From assembly GCF_001194135.2 (NCBI RefSeq), contig NC_068982.1:185258825-185322824 (forward strand): DNA of 64,000 bases. Direction: 5' to 3'. Shown piece by piece: positions 25,532-38,247 of this stretch. The stretch's first letter is position 1. The number at the start of each line of letters is the position of its first letter. Source of the DNA: Octopus bimaculoides (Eukaryota). The notes under the pieces were generated by a model that worked only from the letters and a program-made list of their open reading frames with translations, did no database searches and was not told the origin of the DNA. The translations under genes were made by a program, and so were the position numbers.

Positions 25532-27404
25532 TGTCAAGGTTTAGGGACTCAATTGCAGCAATAACAACACGAAAATCAAGTCACAGAAACTATGACTCCG
25601 AGTGACAATGTGCTTTGAACGACTGAGACTAAGAACGATAACTCTCGAGCAAGCGGTGTATAGTCTCCCTTCGAAAAGAAATACGTCAGCGCTGCGAGAA
25701 TACTTGCACAGTTGTCTGTAACGTTGCTGGCATGGAGCAGATCGAACTCTGATTTTTATTTTTATTTTATGTATTTAGTCTTTTTTTTCTGGCTACATCG
25801 CACTGCATTGTCACTAAAGTAGAAAGTGAAGCGACTTAACTCCACAGAGAAAGTCATTTACTAAAAATTCTGGAAATTCTATCAAAACTGAAACAATTGT
25901 TTTCTTCGAAACTGAAAATTTATTTCGAAACACAGAACAAAACCAGCATAAAAGAATACATACATGCATGCTGGATCTAGGTTAGAAACCGGTTCTTTCT
26001 CTATTGGTAAGGAATCTTGAAATAAACTGCATAATGACACGTATTTTCGCTGATGACATCAATGGTTCAAATATTCGTCCAGGAGAAGAAATCAATCCTC
26101 GGATTCGAGGGATGAGCCAACGATATATATGTGTATGTCTGTGCGCACATGCGCACAGCGTGCACATGCATTTCACACACTTTCCTAATGTGCGTGCGTG
26201 CGTGTGTGTGTTTGCAAGTGTATGTAAGAGAAGGCGAGAGAGAAAAAGAAAAACGAATATATTGGATAGAAATGTCAAATATGTATGCATGCATCCATCT
26301 ATCTCTATCCATACATAATCTTTTAAGTGTTATGAAATTACGACATAAAATAATATTTTCTCATGCATTTCATGAATGATGCATTCCGTATATGAGAATG
26401 ATGCCTGCAAGATTCCTGTAAATAGGTATTAAAGAGATTACCTGATGTCCTTTGCATGGCATGATATTCTTTAATTTCACTTAACATCTCTTCTAAAGTG
26501 TTTGTACAAATGCATCACTGGGCTTAAAGGGAATGCCAACTGATTTAGCAACTGTTTGTAAGCATGCTATCCAACAGTTAAAATCTAGGTCTTTGGTAAT
26601 CATACAAAGCAACAACATGCAATAGAGTGCAGGCACTTCAATCCAAGACAGGCACAAGAATATGTCCCACCATCCCTCGAAACATGTAGTCCTGTAACAA
26701 CGGCAATGGTACTTGCAGTGCATGAATCTTGACTTGTTGATCTCAAAGACCATTTCATTTCCTCAAATCAGCAGAGAATTATTGATACACCACATAGCAC
26801 ATATATCTCAGTTAACTATTGCTTCTGCACTAACAATGATCATATACATAGCATGTTTGCTGTCAACAGCCATCCAATAATAAATACATAAACTCTATAT
26901 GATAAGGTAGTGGGATATGAGACCCAAAGAAAAAATAATCTTGTCTATTGTTTTGATAATGGCTGCAGCAGCTCTAAGCATTTCTATCTGAATATGTTTG
27001 ATTTTTAACTGAAAGCGTTGCTTCACTCATTATAGTACACTGTGAAATTATGAATTAATCCTAACAATGCAAAAAGTTAACTGTACTTTCAGTGTTCACC
27101 ACCATAAACAAATATCCCATTTGACATGATTTTTTTCAGTCAATTAATGAGTCTTGAGGATGTTATCTACAATTCTCATGACTAACTGCTGTGAAACAGG
27201 ATTGCTATTTCTTTTATAGCCAACCATTTTGAAATAACCTTTCAGTTTTAAAAAAAAACATTCTTTCTGTCTCATTTTATGCTGAGTTATAGCCATTATA
27301 AACATTATTTTACCTTCATTTTATCATGCTGATCTCTACCAAATTAAGTAGTTTCACTTTCTGAATCATAATACAAAAGATTACCAATTTTTTTTTTCAA
27401 CAAA

Positions 27405-27588
27405 GGAACCTCTGTATGATTGCTTGACCTACAAGAAATAACAACCAAATCTCATCAAAATCATGCATGCTTCTTAGAAAAGAGCACATTTGATAATATA
27501 ATTCTGAGTAACCAGGATGGTTACAGCTGGAATGTCTTTGATCACAGACCTGCTTGATCATGATGGCCTGGGACTAAGCAACAACAAC
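27405..27588 (+). mobile_element. Representative of an abundant (CAA)n-tailed short repeat family
   Basis: GCTTGACCT..GAAATA..CCAAAT..GGATGGT..GGAATG..TTTGATCA..CTGCTTGATCA..ACAACAAC. Related fragments occur at about 1338-1520, 1890-2030, 5990-6172, 17260-17360, 20190-20365 and 23440-23610 (reverse). Confidence 0.7.
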
Positions 27589-27737
27589 TTAATTTTGTAG
27601 AATTTTAATTCATCCATCAATTATGTCCATATTGTAGACATTGTGGTGGTGAAAAGATTGGTAAGGATATAATGTGAATGCTCCTTCCTTGGTCCCTTTG
27701 CATAACTGATTCAAAGAGAGAGAGAGAGAGAGATGGC

Positions 27738-27898
27738 TAATTCAACACCAGTACTTCACTGGCACTTTATTTAAGGACCATGAAGGAATGAAAGACAAAG
27801 TTAGCTTCAGCACGATTTGAACTCAAGAGTGCAGAAATCTGGACTGAATATTGCAAGGTATTCTATCCAACACTCAAATGATTCTGCCAATTCAACAC
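27738..27898 (-). mobile_element. SINE family B (second tRNA-headed family), decayed
   Basis: GAATGAAAGACAAAGTT..GATTTGAACTCA..ATTCTGCCA: same family as 33668-33885 and 57995-58692. Confidence 0.6.
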
Positions 27899-28779
27899 CT
27901 TTGTAGGATTTACTGAGACCTGCAGAGCAGTAAAGGTAGTTTAAAAAGTTTTAAAATGTATAGTTCTAGAAAAGTGGAACTCTACATGCAAAATGACTGT
28001 CAGCAATGTTTGAGAGGAGTTTAAGATTTTAAAAAATTTTATAAACTGATCCATTTATTTACAATATTAATAGAATGAATATAGGCTTCTGAAAGCTTAA
28101 TAGACTAGGGAGGTTAGGGATTAGTATATTATCTGAATATTCTATCATGGAAAAAGAAAAAAACAAACTAAATACAAAACAGTGGTACAGTCAGGAGTGG
28201 AGGGAGTAGCTTAAACTCAGATCCATGATTGGCTAGCAAATTCAAACAGATGTTGGTGAGGAAAGGTTTATCAATCAATGATAATTACCTTGTTCTGTTT
28301 TTAATTAAAGAGTGTGAGTGTAATACTTTATGAGATCAATTTGAGCTTTATAAAGGGTGAACAATGACAAAGTTTATTTATTCTTTGCTCTGAAAAGAAA
28401 GCTAAAATCATCCTGAAGACATTTTGTCTCCTGAGTTGGTGGATCTTCTAGATGAAATTTCTGAAGCTGGTTTGTCCTAGTGTATGTACAGCCTTTTTAA
28501 ATATTTTAATTCTATTATTTATTTCTTATGACAAGAGTATTTCCTAATAAAATGACATGTAAAACAAATCTTAACCCTTTTAGGTTAACATATCTTATGT
28601 TCGGTTGCTTTTAAATGCTAATTGGTTTAGGAAATTCTTGTAAGAATATGTAAATGAGGTTTTTGTTTTGGAAGATGATTTTTTTTTAACTAGATGATAA
28701 CCAACGAAATCTCTAGTGAAGAATGAATGAGAAAGGATGTTATCAAGAGGAGAGGAAAATAGCAAACAAATGGGTTGAA

Positions 28780-29480
28780 GAAACTTGTTTATAATGAGAA
28801 TAGGAAGATTATAACAGCTAGCTGGTTCCTAGGAGATGTCCGATTGGAGAGATGAGACCATAAATAAGGGCAATGACTAGCTAACAATGGTAGTCTATGA
28901 GAATGATGCAGAAAATCCAAATAATCTTTTGACAGCCAATCTCTTTTGATAATGTCTTGTTCCTGTAATGAGGAATTAAGATGTTTCTGGTACTTTTTAC
29001 TTCCCATCAGTGTAAGCTGTATAACTGATCAGTTTATTTCTAACTTGCAAATCTTCTATCATATTTAGCAAGTGATAGATAAAATCATTCAAAGCCTGAA
29101 TTTAAGTATTCCACCAAACTTTACTTTCTTATCACTTCCGTATGCAATATTCCTTTCACCAGTCCTAAGTACTCTGCTATCCAATATCTTATCAGGTACT
29201 CAGTCAATGTGTTATAGCTATTCAAAAGTGTTTATAATCAGTTCTTAAAGAATGTATTTAGGTTTCATTGAGTTTTTCCCCCTAGTTTTTTGATTGTCCA
29301 TATTGCACCTGCTTTTGGAAGCAATGTACAGAAATCTTGATTATGTGTTTTCTCCTACAAAGCTTATCTTTGTTGACCATGACATTTTTTAAGTACTGGG
29401 ACCTGATAATGTCTTGATTCTACTTTCAAAAACACATCTACAAATTGGACTCTATGGAACAATTCTGAAGTGAGGACAGT
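28780..29480 (-). mobile_element. Highly decayed RTE-type LINE fragment
   Basis: Minus-strand AIWTIKK..EKLNET*IHSLR resembles the RTE pattern EAWTLTK..EKKLNGAYTRMLR. Confidence 0.35.
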
Positions 29481-30211
29481 CATAAATGATTAGTTCCATT
29501 CTTAAATCGAAGGATTTTCTATTTATATTGGACTGATGGGCTTTCCTAGAACTAGATAAAGAATCTTTTGATACAATATTAGGTTTTTACCATAATAATT
29601 TCAAATTCTTACAGTGATTTAATGGATTAGTTAGAAATCTTTCTGCTCAATCTTGTATTATGAAATGCTCCACATATGCATAGAAAAAAAAAAACGAAAT
29701 ATATCAGCCAAACTTTAACTTTGTTTTCATTAATATTCAAGGTTTCCATTGTAACTATTTTTTCAGTTCCTGACCTCTTTACTGTGTGTGAGACTAACTT
29801 TAGTTTTGGTATTTCTAATTTGAATTTCTTTGTAAATGATTGCTTCCCTTTTCATTGTAAAGATTTGTCCATTATGTGAATGTTTTTGGTGTTTACATTT
29901 ACAATCATTTTCTTATTGCTTGTGAATCTAGATTTGAATTTTCTGACCATTCCTTTGTGTTTCCACTTGATCCTCTTACATTCTACCATTCACCTTTTCG
30001 TCCTATATCATTCTCCATCCTCTCAAGGTTGCACTCTCATTGTATTGCAGCAGACAAATTTGATCAGGTCCTTGTTACCATCATCATCATTTAACGCCCA
30101 TTTTCCATGCTAGCATGGGTTGGACAGCATATATTCTATAAATATCCCGCAGCAAATATTTTAGTCCTTTGTGATTTCATTACTTACCATGATAATTGAT
30201 TTATTTTTATT

Positions 30212-30470
30212 GTGACAAGCAAACAGTTATATTGTGCTTTAGATAATTGTGGTGAAGCAAATATTGTTACTTTTAACATACTGAAAGCATTTCATAGGGT
30301 TTGCTATGCTGATCATTTCCACAAACTTAAACTAAATGGAATTTCTGGAAGGATCATTATGGTTCTTGAATCTTTTCTAGATGAATGTAGCATTAAAGTT
30401 GCTTTAAATGGCCCTCAATCTTTTAGTTCTATTCTCGGTTCAATCTTCATCTTAATTTATATTGTAATGG
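30212..30470 (+). mobile_element. CR1-group LINE RT fragment
   Basis: NILKAFHRVCYADHFHKLKLNGISGRII..LESFL resembles DISKAFDRVWH..LLHKL..YGISG. Confidence 0.65.
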
Positions 30471-31739
30471 ACTGTGGGCTGTGAGGTGACGAGACTCAGG
30501 TACATCAGACAGCCCTTACAATAAATATAGAAGAATAATACATATATGCCAGAAGGAAGAGAGAGAGACACAACTGAGTAGAATGTTTAAGAGAAGATTT
30601 ATTGATATGTTAACATGTGTGTCTGTGTGTGCATCATATATACAGAATAATAGACAGGCTGTCATGAGAGCAAAGTGTATGTGTGTATAGGCATGGATGT
30701 ATGTGTGTGCACTAAGAACATATAAGAATAACAATGAAGTGGACAGTGAAGGAGTCTATAATGAGAAGTTAGATGAATGTTCATAGACACAAGAATGAGA
30801 AATACCAGTTTGTAATCAATTGTACATGGTAGTTGAAACAGTGTATCAAGAAGTTGTGGCCATGATACTGAGCCAGTTGTGGTACATGTCGTATGTGTGA
30901 AGTTGTGGCTGTAATGCTGCTGCCAGGGTCACTTAGTACAGGAGTTCTCGCAGGTCATATATTCACTGTTGATCCATGGTGAAGTAATTCATGAACAGTG
31001 CAGTGTTGAAACCTGGGTGAGTTGCTTGTTGAGCTGTGTACGTAGAGATGATGTTAATGACGTTAAGAAGATGATGGTGGCGATGAAGAAAGAGATTGCC
31101 GTGATGCTGTTGGACGAAGTTGGTAAGTCTCAATGTGGCTACTGTAGTGTAGTTTCAGGAACTGGCTGTGTCTTGTGTGGTCAGTGGCTAGACCTTAAAA
31201 GGTCTGAAACCAAAGACATTGAAATGAGGAGAAACTGGGTTTTTATGAGGAGCTGTAGGCTCAAAACTGGGTTGAGAACAGGTCGTCTCATATGATTTAT
31301 TTAGAGACTCCGATTGGTTATACGCTGCACATTGGCATGACAGAGTAAGAGACAAATTGTGTCAATACCAACCAATCAGAGTAGTGGACACAACGGGGTT
31401 CAAATAGTGGTCAAAGGCTAGCTGTTACCTACTATGTTTGAATGCATGTATATATAATAAAGGGGAGAGAGGAATTTCACTCAAGTTTTTGCTACAATAT
31501 TAATAATTTTCTAGATGATATCATGTCTATCCTTACTATCTATACTGATGATACTATTATATATTCTTGCTTAAATGATAAGTGGTAGGGGCGGTTCACC
31601 ATGGGCAGCACTTTTGGGTCTGCTGTTGGCAATATGTGTTTTTTTGTGGGGTCTGGGGGTTGCACACACTCTAGCTAGTCTCTTATTTGTCCTTTTTTTG
31701 GAATACAGGAGTCACATTTGGGCTGCGACCCCTGCTGGT

Positions 31740-32060
31740 GTTCTCTTCTAAAATTATTTGTCCAGTTTTGGCAGCTAAACTTCAACCTCTGCCTCATCAC
31801 CAAGACACTGCTTCTTTATTTTTGTTCTATACATATTTCCACAGTCATTGTTCTACTGAACGTTCATCCCATGTACCTCTTCTAAATATTACTGTTCACA
31901 TGACTCATCTTTTTGTTAATCCTCATCCTCTCAATGTTGTTATCCCCTCCTGTAAGAGATATTTCTACTATAGTAGAACAACTGTCTTATGGAACGTTCT
32001 TCTTTCTTCTCATTTCCCGGATAAATATTATCTGAATTCTCTTAAATCTTGCTCTGATTG
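31740..32060 (+). mobile_element. CR1-group LINE ORF C-terminal fragment
   Basis: LQPLPHHQDTASLFLFYTYFHSHCS..HP..RTTVLWNVL..FPDKY resembles LQPLSHRRNVASLSLFYKYY..CS..RTSALWNSLP..FP. Confidence 0.65.
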
Positions 32061-32164
32061 ACTTACAATTCTTAGATTTTCTCTTTTTCTTTTGTAACTC
32101 CCAACATACTAAGTGGTTGCTTGAAGCCTGCTTTATTATTGGTTGTTTTCTATTTTGTTGGCGG

Positions 32165-32451
32165 TGATTCCTATACAAATACATGTACACACACACACAC
32201 ACACGTTTGCATGCATGCATACACGCGTGCACACACACACGCGTGCACACACACACACACACGCACACACACACGCACACACACACACACACACATACAA
32301 AACAGTCTTCTTTCAGTTTCCGTCTACCAAATCCACTCACAAGGCTTTGATCAGCCTGAGGTAGGACACACTTGCCCAAGGTGCCATGTAGCGGGACTGA
32401 ACCTGAAACTATATGGCTGGGAAGCGAGCTTCTTACCACACACCCATGCCT
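32165..32451 (-). mobile_element. SINE family A, 5' half (tRNA head plus (CA)n microsatellite)
   Basis: Reverse complement of GGCATGGGTGTGTGGTAAGAAGCTCGCTTCCCAGCC..CACCTTGGGCAAGTGT..GGATTTGGTAGACGGAAACTGAAAGAAG. Confidence 0.8.
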
Positions 32452-33389
32452 AAACTTATACACAATTATGATACATTTTTCAAGAAAACACTCATAATAG
32501 TACATCCTCATTAGGGATTAATAAACTTTGATAACACCTTCAAAACCCCTTATAAATGCTGGTCTTAACACACTCTAACCACCTCTCACTTTATTACATA
32601 CAAAGTACATATACAATACAAATAGTTGAATATATGGAGTCATATCCTGATGAATTATATAGGTCCAAAGATGTTTCACTAGTTAGATATGTGAAATGTC
32701 TTATCTCTCATATCTTGAACATTTCCTTAAATTCAAAATGTGATCTTTTGAGCTAAGGTAAGTCATTGGAGATTTTTGTTTTGTGTATAAAATAATAAAC
32801 AGTATGATGTCACTTCCTTGCTCTAACTTCACCAGCCTTTAGGGACAAAATTATCATGCCAATCATCCTTTCTGTCTCTTTGAATCAAAATGTATTTGCC
32901 AAAACATTTTTGTTTTTCACTTAGAGTTCTAATTAAAACACATTTCTCTTTTCAGTTTTTGAAACTCATTCTATATTTGGATTTGAGAAAATACTAGTTT
33001 CTTCAGATCTGCTCAAGACCTTCAAAGAAAGAGCCCTATCTGTGTCAATCAGCCTTGCTGTCCCTTTCCCAAATATAATTTATTAAGTATAGAAATTAGG
33101 ACATTTTATTCTGAAATGATAAAAAAAGACAACTGTTTTATTTTTGCTTGATTATTATTTTTTATTACATTAAATACAGTTTTTTTCTGCCAGTTTATAA
33201 AAAACTTTTTTGCATATACTGTACAATTGCACATACAGGGTCCACCATAAGTAACTATATATTTTCTTTTGCTTGTAACTTTGTTGATACTTATTCAATT
33301 TTTCTATTTCATATGTCATTTGAAAGCTGAAATTTTTATATTTTTATTTCCTTTTTTTCCCCTATTTTAGATATACTGTTATATCGATT

Positions 33390-33640
33390 ATGTCCACCCA
33401 ATTAACAAAAGAGCAAAAGATTGCGGTTTTGAAATGGCTATGCTACAGAAGCTGCTTTTGCCATTATTACAACAGCAGGATGGAGCAGAGGGTCTGTACT
33501 TTCAGCAAGACGGGGTACTGGCCCATTATGTTACGCTTGTGTGAGACTGGCTGGACGCCAACCTGCCCTGTCAATGAATTGGCAGACAAGGACTACTTGA
33601 GTGGTCATCTCATTCGCTGGATTTGACCCCACTCGACTTT
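33390..33640 (+). mobile_element. Internally deleted Tc1/mariner transposase remnant
   Basis: An alternative frame reads LYFQQDGVLAHYVTLV*DWLDANLPCQ*IGRQGLLEWSSHSLDLTPLDF (family consensus FQQDGAPAH..VRDWL..RWIGRxG..EWPPRSPDLTPLDF). It is fused to an N-terminal-like MSTQLTKEQKIAVLKW. Confidence 0.75.
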
Positions 33641-33667
33641 ATCATGTATTATTGCTTTGCGTGAAAT

Positions 33668-33885
33668 AATTGTTTCAAATTTTGGTACAAGGTCAGCAAC
33701 TTTAGGGGTAGGGGTTAAGTTGATTACACTAACCCCAATGTTCAACTAATACCTTTTTTTTTATCAACCCCGAAAGGATGAAAGGCAAAGTTGACCTTGA
33801 TGGCATTTAAACACAGAATGTAAAGATGGGTGAAATAACACTAAGCATTTTCTCTGGCGTGCTAACTATTTTGCCAGCCTTGCAT
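33668..33885 (-). mobile_element. SINE family B, near full length
   Basis: GTTTCAAATTTTGGTACAAGG..CCCGAAAGGATGAAAGGCAAAGTTGACC..CTAAGCATTTT..TTTGCCAGC. Confidence 0.75.
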
Positions 33886-34107
33886 TGGGTAAAATAATAA
33901 AACAAAATAACTGTTAAATAACAATAGACAAGTCAGTCTGATCCTCATCCCAAGTTATCAAAAGGATCCTTGTGGGACCTAGTTTCATATTGGGACTAAA
34001 TACATATACATACATACATACATACACATATATATATATATACACACACACACATACATGCATGCACGTACATATATATATACATACATACATACATACA
34101 TGCATAC

Positions 34108-34154
<47 letters not shown>

Positions 34155-34330
34155 NNNNNNNNNNNNNNNNNNNNNNNNNNNNNNNNNNNNNNNNNNNNNN
34201 NNNNNNNNNNNNNNNNNNNNNNNNNNNNNNNNNNNNNNNNNNNNNNNNNNNNNNNNNNNNNNNNNNNNNNNNNNNNNNNNNNNNNNNNNNNNNNNNNNNN
34301 NNNNNNNNNNNNNNNNNNNNNNNNNNNNNN

Positions 34331-34897
34331 TGGTGAGAGCTGTACAAGCTGTGCTACCAGTAAGGTGAGGGTTGGCAATTAGTACACCAACGAATTCAGG
34401 GTGCAAGTAGGAGTTCACTAAGGATCAGGCCTCAGCCCCCTTGTTCATCATTGCCCTCCACACAATAGCAGAGGAATTTAAGACAGGCTGCCCCAGAAGC
34501 TCTTCTATGCTGATGACCTTGCTCCTATAGGTGAATCACTATGAGAACTATAAAAGAAGTACCGGGTATGGAAGCAAGGTCTAGAATTGAAGGGCCTTAG
34601 AGTTAACCTAGCAAAAACGAAAGTCTTCATAAATAGGAAGGCAGACAAATCACAAATCCCTTCAAGTAGATGGCCCTATTCGATCTATAGAAAAGGCATA
34701 GGTAGAAACTCCATAAGATACACTCTTGGAGTAGTTGGCATTAGGAAGGGCATGCAGCCATAGGAGATCATGCCAAGTCAGACTGGAATCTGGTGCAGCC
34801 TTCCAGCGTGCCAGCCCTGGTGAAACCATCCAACTCATGCCAGCATGGACAACAGACATTAAATGATGTTGATGATGATGATGATGATGATGATGAT
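34331..34897 (+). mobile_element. Internally deleted RTE LINE (RT fragment joined to 3' UTR, (GAT)n tail)
   Basis: SKVRVGN*YTNEFRVQVGVH*GSGLSP..IAEEFKTGCP..YADDLA, then GGCATTAGGAAGGGCAT..GACATTAAATGATG. Confidence 0.8.
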
Positions 34898-36069
34898 AAG
34901 TTTGTATACTTGTTTATTCATATGCTACTCTGAATTAGGACTTGAGTGAATTTTGTCAGATTGTCTCCTTGAACCATTTTCTAAATGAAGTGTGCCAGTA
35001 AAACGTTTTGTTTGTATTTTGGGATGTAACTTTGTGCTGCTGTCATCCTCAGATCAGAAGTGATACGTAAGAAATATGCTGTGAGGGAGATACTACTAAG
35101 ATAATGTAGTCATTCTCTACCATGCACTGTCTTGCACACACACGCACAAGCACGCATGCTCACACACACCCAAATAACCAACCAACCACACACACACACC
35201 ACCCGCTCACACCCAAACAACCAACCATACACACACACACACATACGCACATGCAAACACCCTGCCATACCCAACCAACCAACCATACAACCCCCTCACT
35301 CTCTTTCTCATACTCATACACACATACACATATATATATATATATATATATATAGAAAGANNNNNNNNNNTGCTCTCATACTCACTCACACTTACATGCA
35401 ACAATAAAATGGTTTCTACTGCCACAAAAATTGAAATTAATAAACAATCCCTTATGATTTTTAAAAGTGTTTACTAACATACATAGTATGTACAAAAAAC
35501 AATAACAAGGAATAAAGTGAGAGTATAAGGTATCTATGGAAGAGACTGCTGTGACACCAATTTACATGTATACATTTACATAAAGGGTGGAGTGGGGGTA
35601 GTTTGAACCGAAGAATCTGGTGAGGGCTGTGCTGCTGTCTTGTGAGAACCCCTTATACTACCTTTCAACCATATTGTTACCAGGTTAATACAGAAACTTT
35701 ACAATCATACTGAAAGGTTTCTGTATTTTTCATGTTTCAAAGTAAACTTTTCACTTAGAAATACCCAGTCTGTTTAGCAAATACTGTAGTCATGAATGGA
35801 TGCTTTTGTGTGTTGGCTGTTTAGTAGAAAGTAATCAGGATGGGATTGCAAATAAGTTGCCTATTCTAACTTGTGTTGTGTGCACTTCATATATTGAGGT
35901 CATTACTGTTTGAGACTAATTGAAATGTGTTCCATCTGCCCAACTATCACAAGTAAACTGGCACCTGTTGTAGAACTTACATTGGTATATATACTAGTAC
36001 TTTAACTGAGAAGGAGGTCAGATATTAGGCATTTGAATAGGTGAGTCAATTTTGCCTTTCCAGTTATAG

Positions 36070-37168
36070 AAGAACGAACATGCTCTTTCTAAGAGAACTC
36101 AAATCCTAAGTGGCATCCCCTAGAGAACTGTTCTGGGGTCATTACTGTTCATAATAACCATCTTAGACATGTCCATGGTCACTCAGACAGCCACTGTCAC
36201 TAGCTAAGCTGATGATACAATATTATCACAGGCAATAAAAAAATCAAGATGATGTCGCAAGCTTACAGTGGGGCCTGAATTTGATATACAAATGGGCTGA
36301 AATAACATGCAGTTTAATGCTGGAAAATTTCAAGCTCTGCACTATCAACTCATGATTGCACTACAGCCTGCATATACAGAACCTGAAGGTACTACAATCC
36401 CAAAGTCACAGGCAATGAAAGACCTGGGGAGCAATATGTGCAATGACGCATCATTTTATATGCACATAACCAAGAATGCAGCAAAGTGCAGACAACTGGC
36501 AGGATGGATACTGAGGTCCTTCAAGACAAGAGACCAAGAAACTATGTTAACTTTGTGGAGAACCTTTGTTCTTAGCTGTTTGGATTACTGCTCCCAGTTA
36601 TGGTCACCACATAGTACAAAACTAACAGTGGAGCTTGAAGCAGTCCAACACCACTACACTAGAAAGATTGGAACAGTGCAGCAGATGAGCTACAGGGATA
36701 GGCTGAGAAAACTTTACTCCCTGGAGAGAAGGCACAACAGATATGTAATAATCTACATATGCAAAACTCTAGAATGGCTAGTACCTAATTTCAGCATTGA
36801 GTGTTATACAAATGCTAGACCTGGCCACCATTGTATTGTACCAAAGGTACCATCCATTTTATCTAAATTCAGGACCAGGTACTGAAATAGTCTAGGGGTC
36901 AAATGCCCGCAGCTCTTCCATGCCCTGCCACAAAAATTAAGAAATCTGCATAAGGTGGAAGTAGATGTCTTCCTCTCCACAATATTGGATGAACCAACAG
37001 CCCAACATGAGGTGCAGACGAAGGCATCGGAATCAAACTCCCTTATACACTAAATAGGCCAACAGCTAGGACAAAGGCACATAGAGGAGTGGTGATATGA
37101 AACACTCCAGACTGAGGAAATCAGAAAGACCACGGTGGTGCTCCAGCATGACTGAAGAGTAAAAGAGT
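36070..37168 (+). mobile_element. 5'-truncated CR1-group LINE (RT C-terminal half plus 3' end)
   Basis: TVLGSLLFII..ADDT..MQFNAGKFQAL..AGWILRSFKTRDQETMLTLWRTFVLSCLDYCSQLWSP..LYSLERR; ends CCAGCATGACTGAAGAGTAAAAGAG. Confidence 0.9.
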
Positions 37169-37905
37169 ATGCAGGCAAAAAGTGGTTGTATCATTTTTTT
37201 AAGAAGCGTGAGAGCATTTCAATAAGGACAATTGTCATAGCATGATTCTTTTTTCAGTAACTATGAAACTGTACTTCAGGGGTGTGGATTGACTCCAGGT
37301 AGGATCTGGAATCTTGATAAGAGTGAAGGCATAACAGTCTAGGGATCATGAAAAAAAAAAACATCAATGAACAAGGAACCAAACAGGCCAGCAGTGCAAA
37401 GATAGTTTGTGAATTTCAGCTGTGTAATCAGTGCTATGGAGAACACTGTTCCTCCTGTCTTTGTTTTCTCTCAAGTTCTCTTTAAGGATAATTTTCTTCA
37501 TGGTGCTTCACCAATTTCTACTAGTGTGACACATTGTTAAGCTGAATAAAACAAAAAGTTAATAATCAGAGCATCATGTAGTCTCTTGTGTCTCTTTCTC
37601 TCTAATCTTTCCCTGTTGTTAGAGCTTACTTTAATGTAACAACACTTACAAAACAAACACCTACAGACAACAACACACATCATGCTCTGTTTCTCCTGAA
37701 AATACGCAGCTTTTACAAGGTTATCTAGTAACTAAGAAAATGGAGTGCAATTGTTGTCACTTTTCCACACTTGATAGATCCTTTTGCTTTTGGGCTTTTC
37801 AAAAACCTGTAGAACTCTGTGCTGGTGCATGGATGAAAGAACATAAGGAAAACAATGATGAAATATGAAATTCCCATATTAGTTATAAAGGCTTTTCTTT
37901 GAGCC

Positions 37906-37990
37906 ATGACTCCCATCAACAAACCGCATAGGAGACTGATGACTCCCATCAACAAACCGCATAGGAGACTGATGACTCCCATCAACAAAC
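37906..37990 (+). repeat. Perfect 33-bp tandem repeat, about 2.6 units
   Basis: Unit ATGACTCCCATCAACAAACCGCATAGGAGACTG starts at 37906 and 37939, with a partial unit at 37972. Confidence 0.95.
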
Positions 37991-38022
37991 ACTCAGTTTT
38001 CAGGATAACAGGTTTTTATTCT

Positions 38023-38247
38023 TTAACCCTTTTGTTACCAGCCCAGCTGAAACCAGCTCTGGCTCTGAAGTACAAATGTCTTGTTTTCATAAGTTTTGAA
38101 TCAAAATCTTTCCCCAAACCTTAGTCACAGTTTATGTCCCTAACACTAGCTGAATGATAACTAAGTTATTTTACTAAATTCTTTGTTATTTTTAAAGTAA
38201 TTGAAAGAAACACAGAGCGTCTCTAAATACAGTAATGGAAAGGTTAA
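38023..38247. mobile_element. piggyBac-like MITE
   Basis: TTAA-CCCTTTTGTTAC ... GTAATGGAAAGG-TTAA. Confidence 0.65.
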
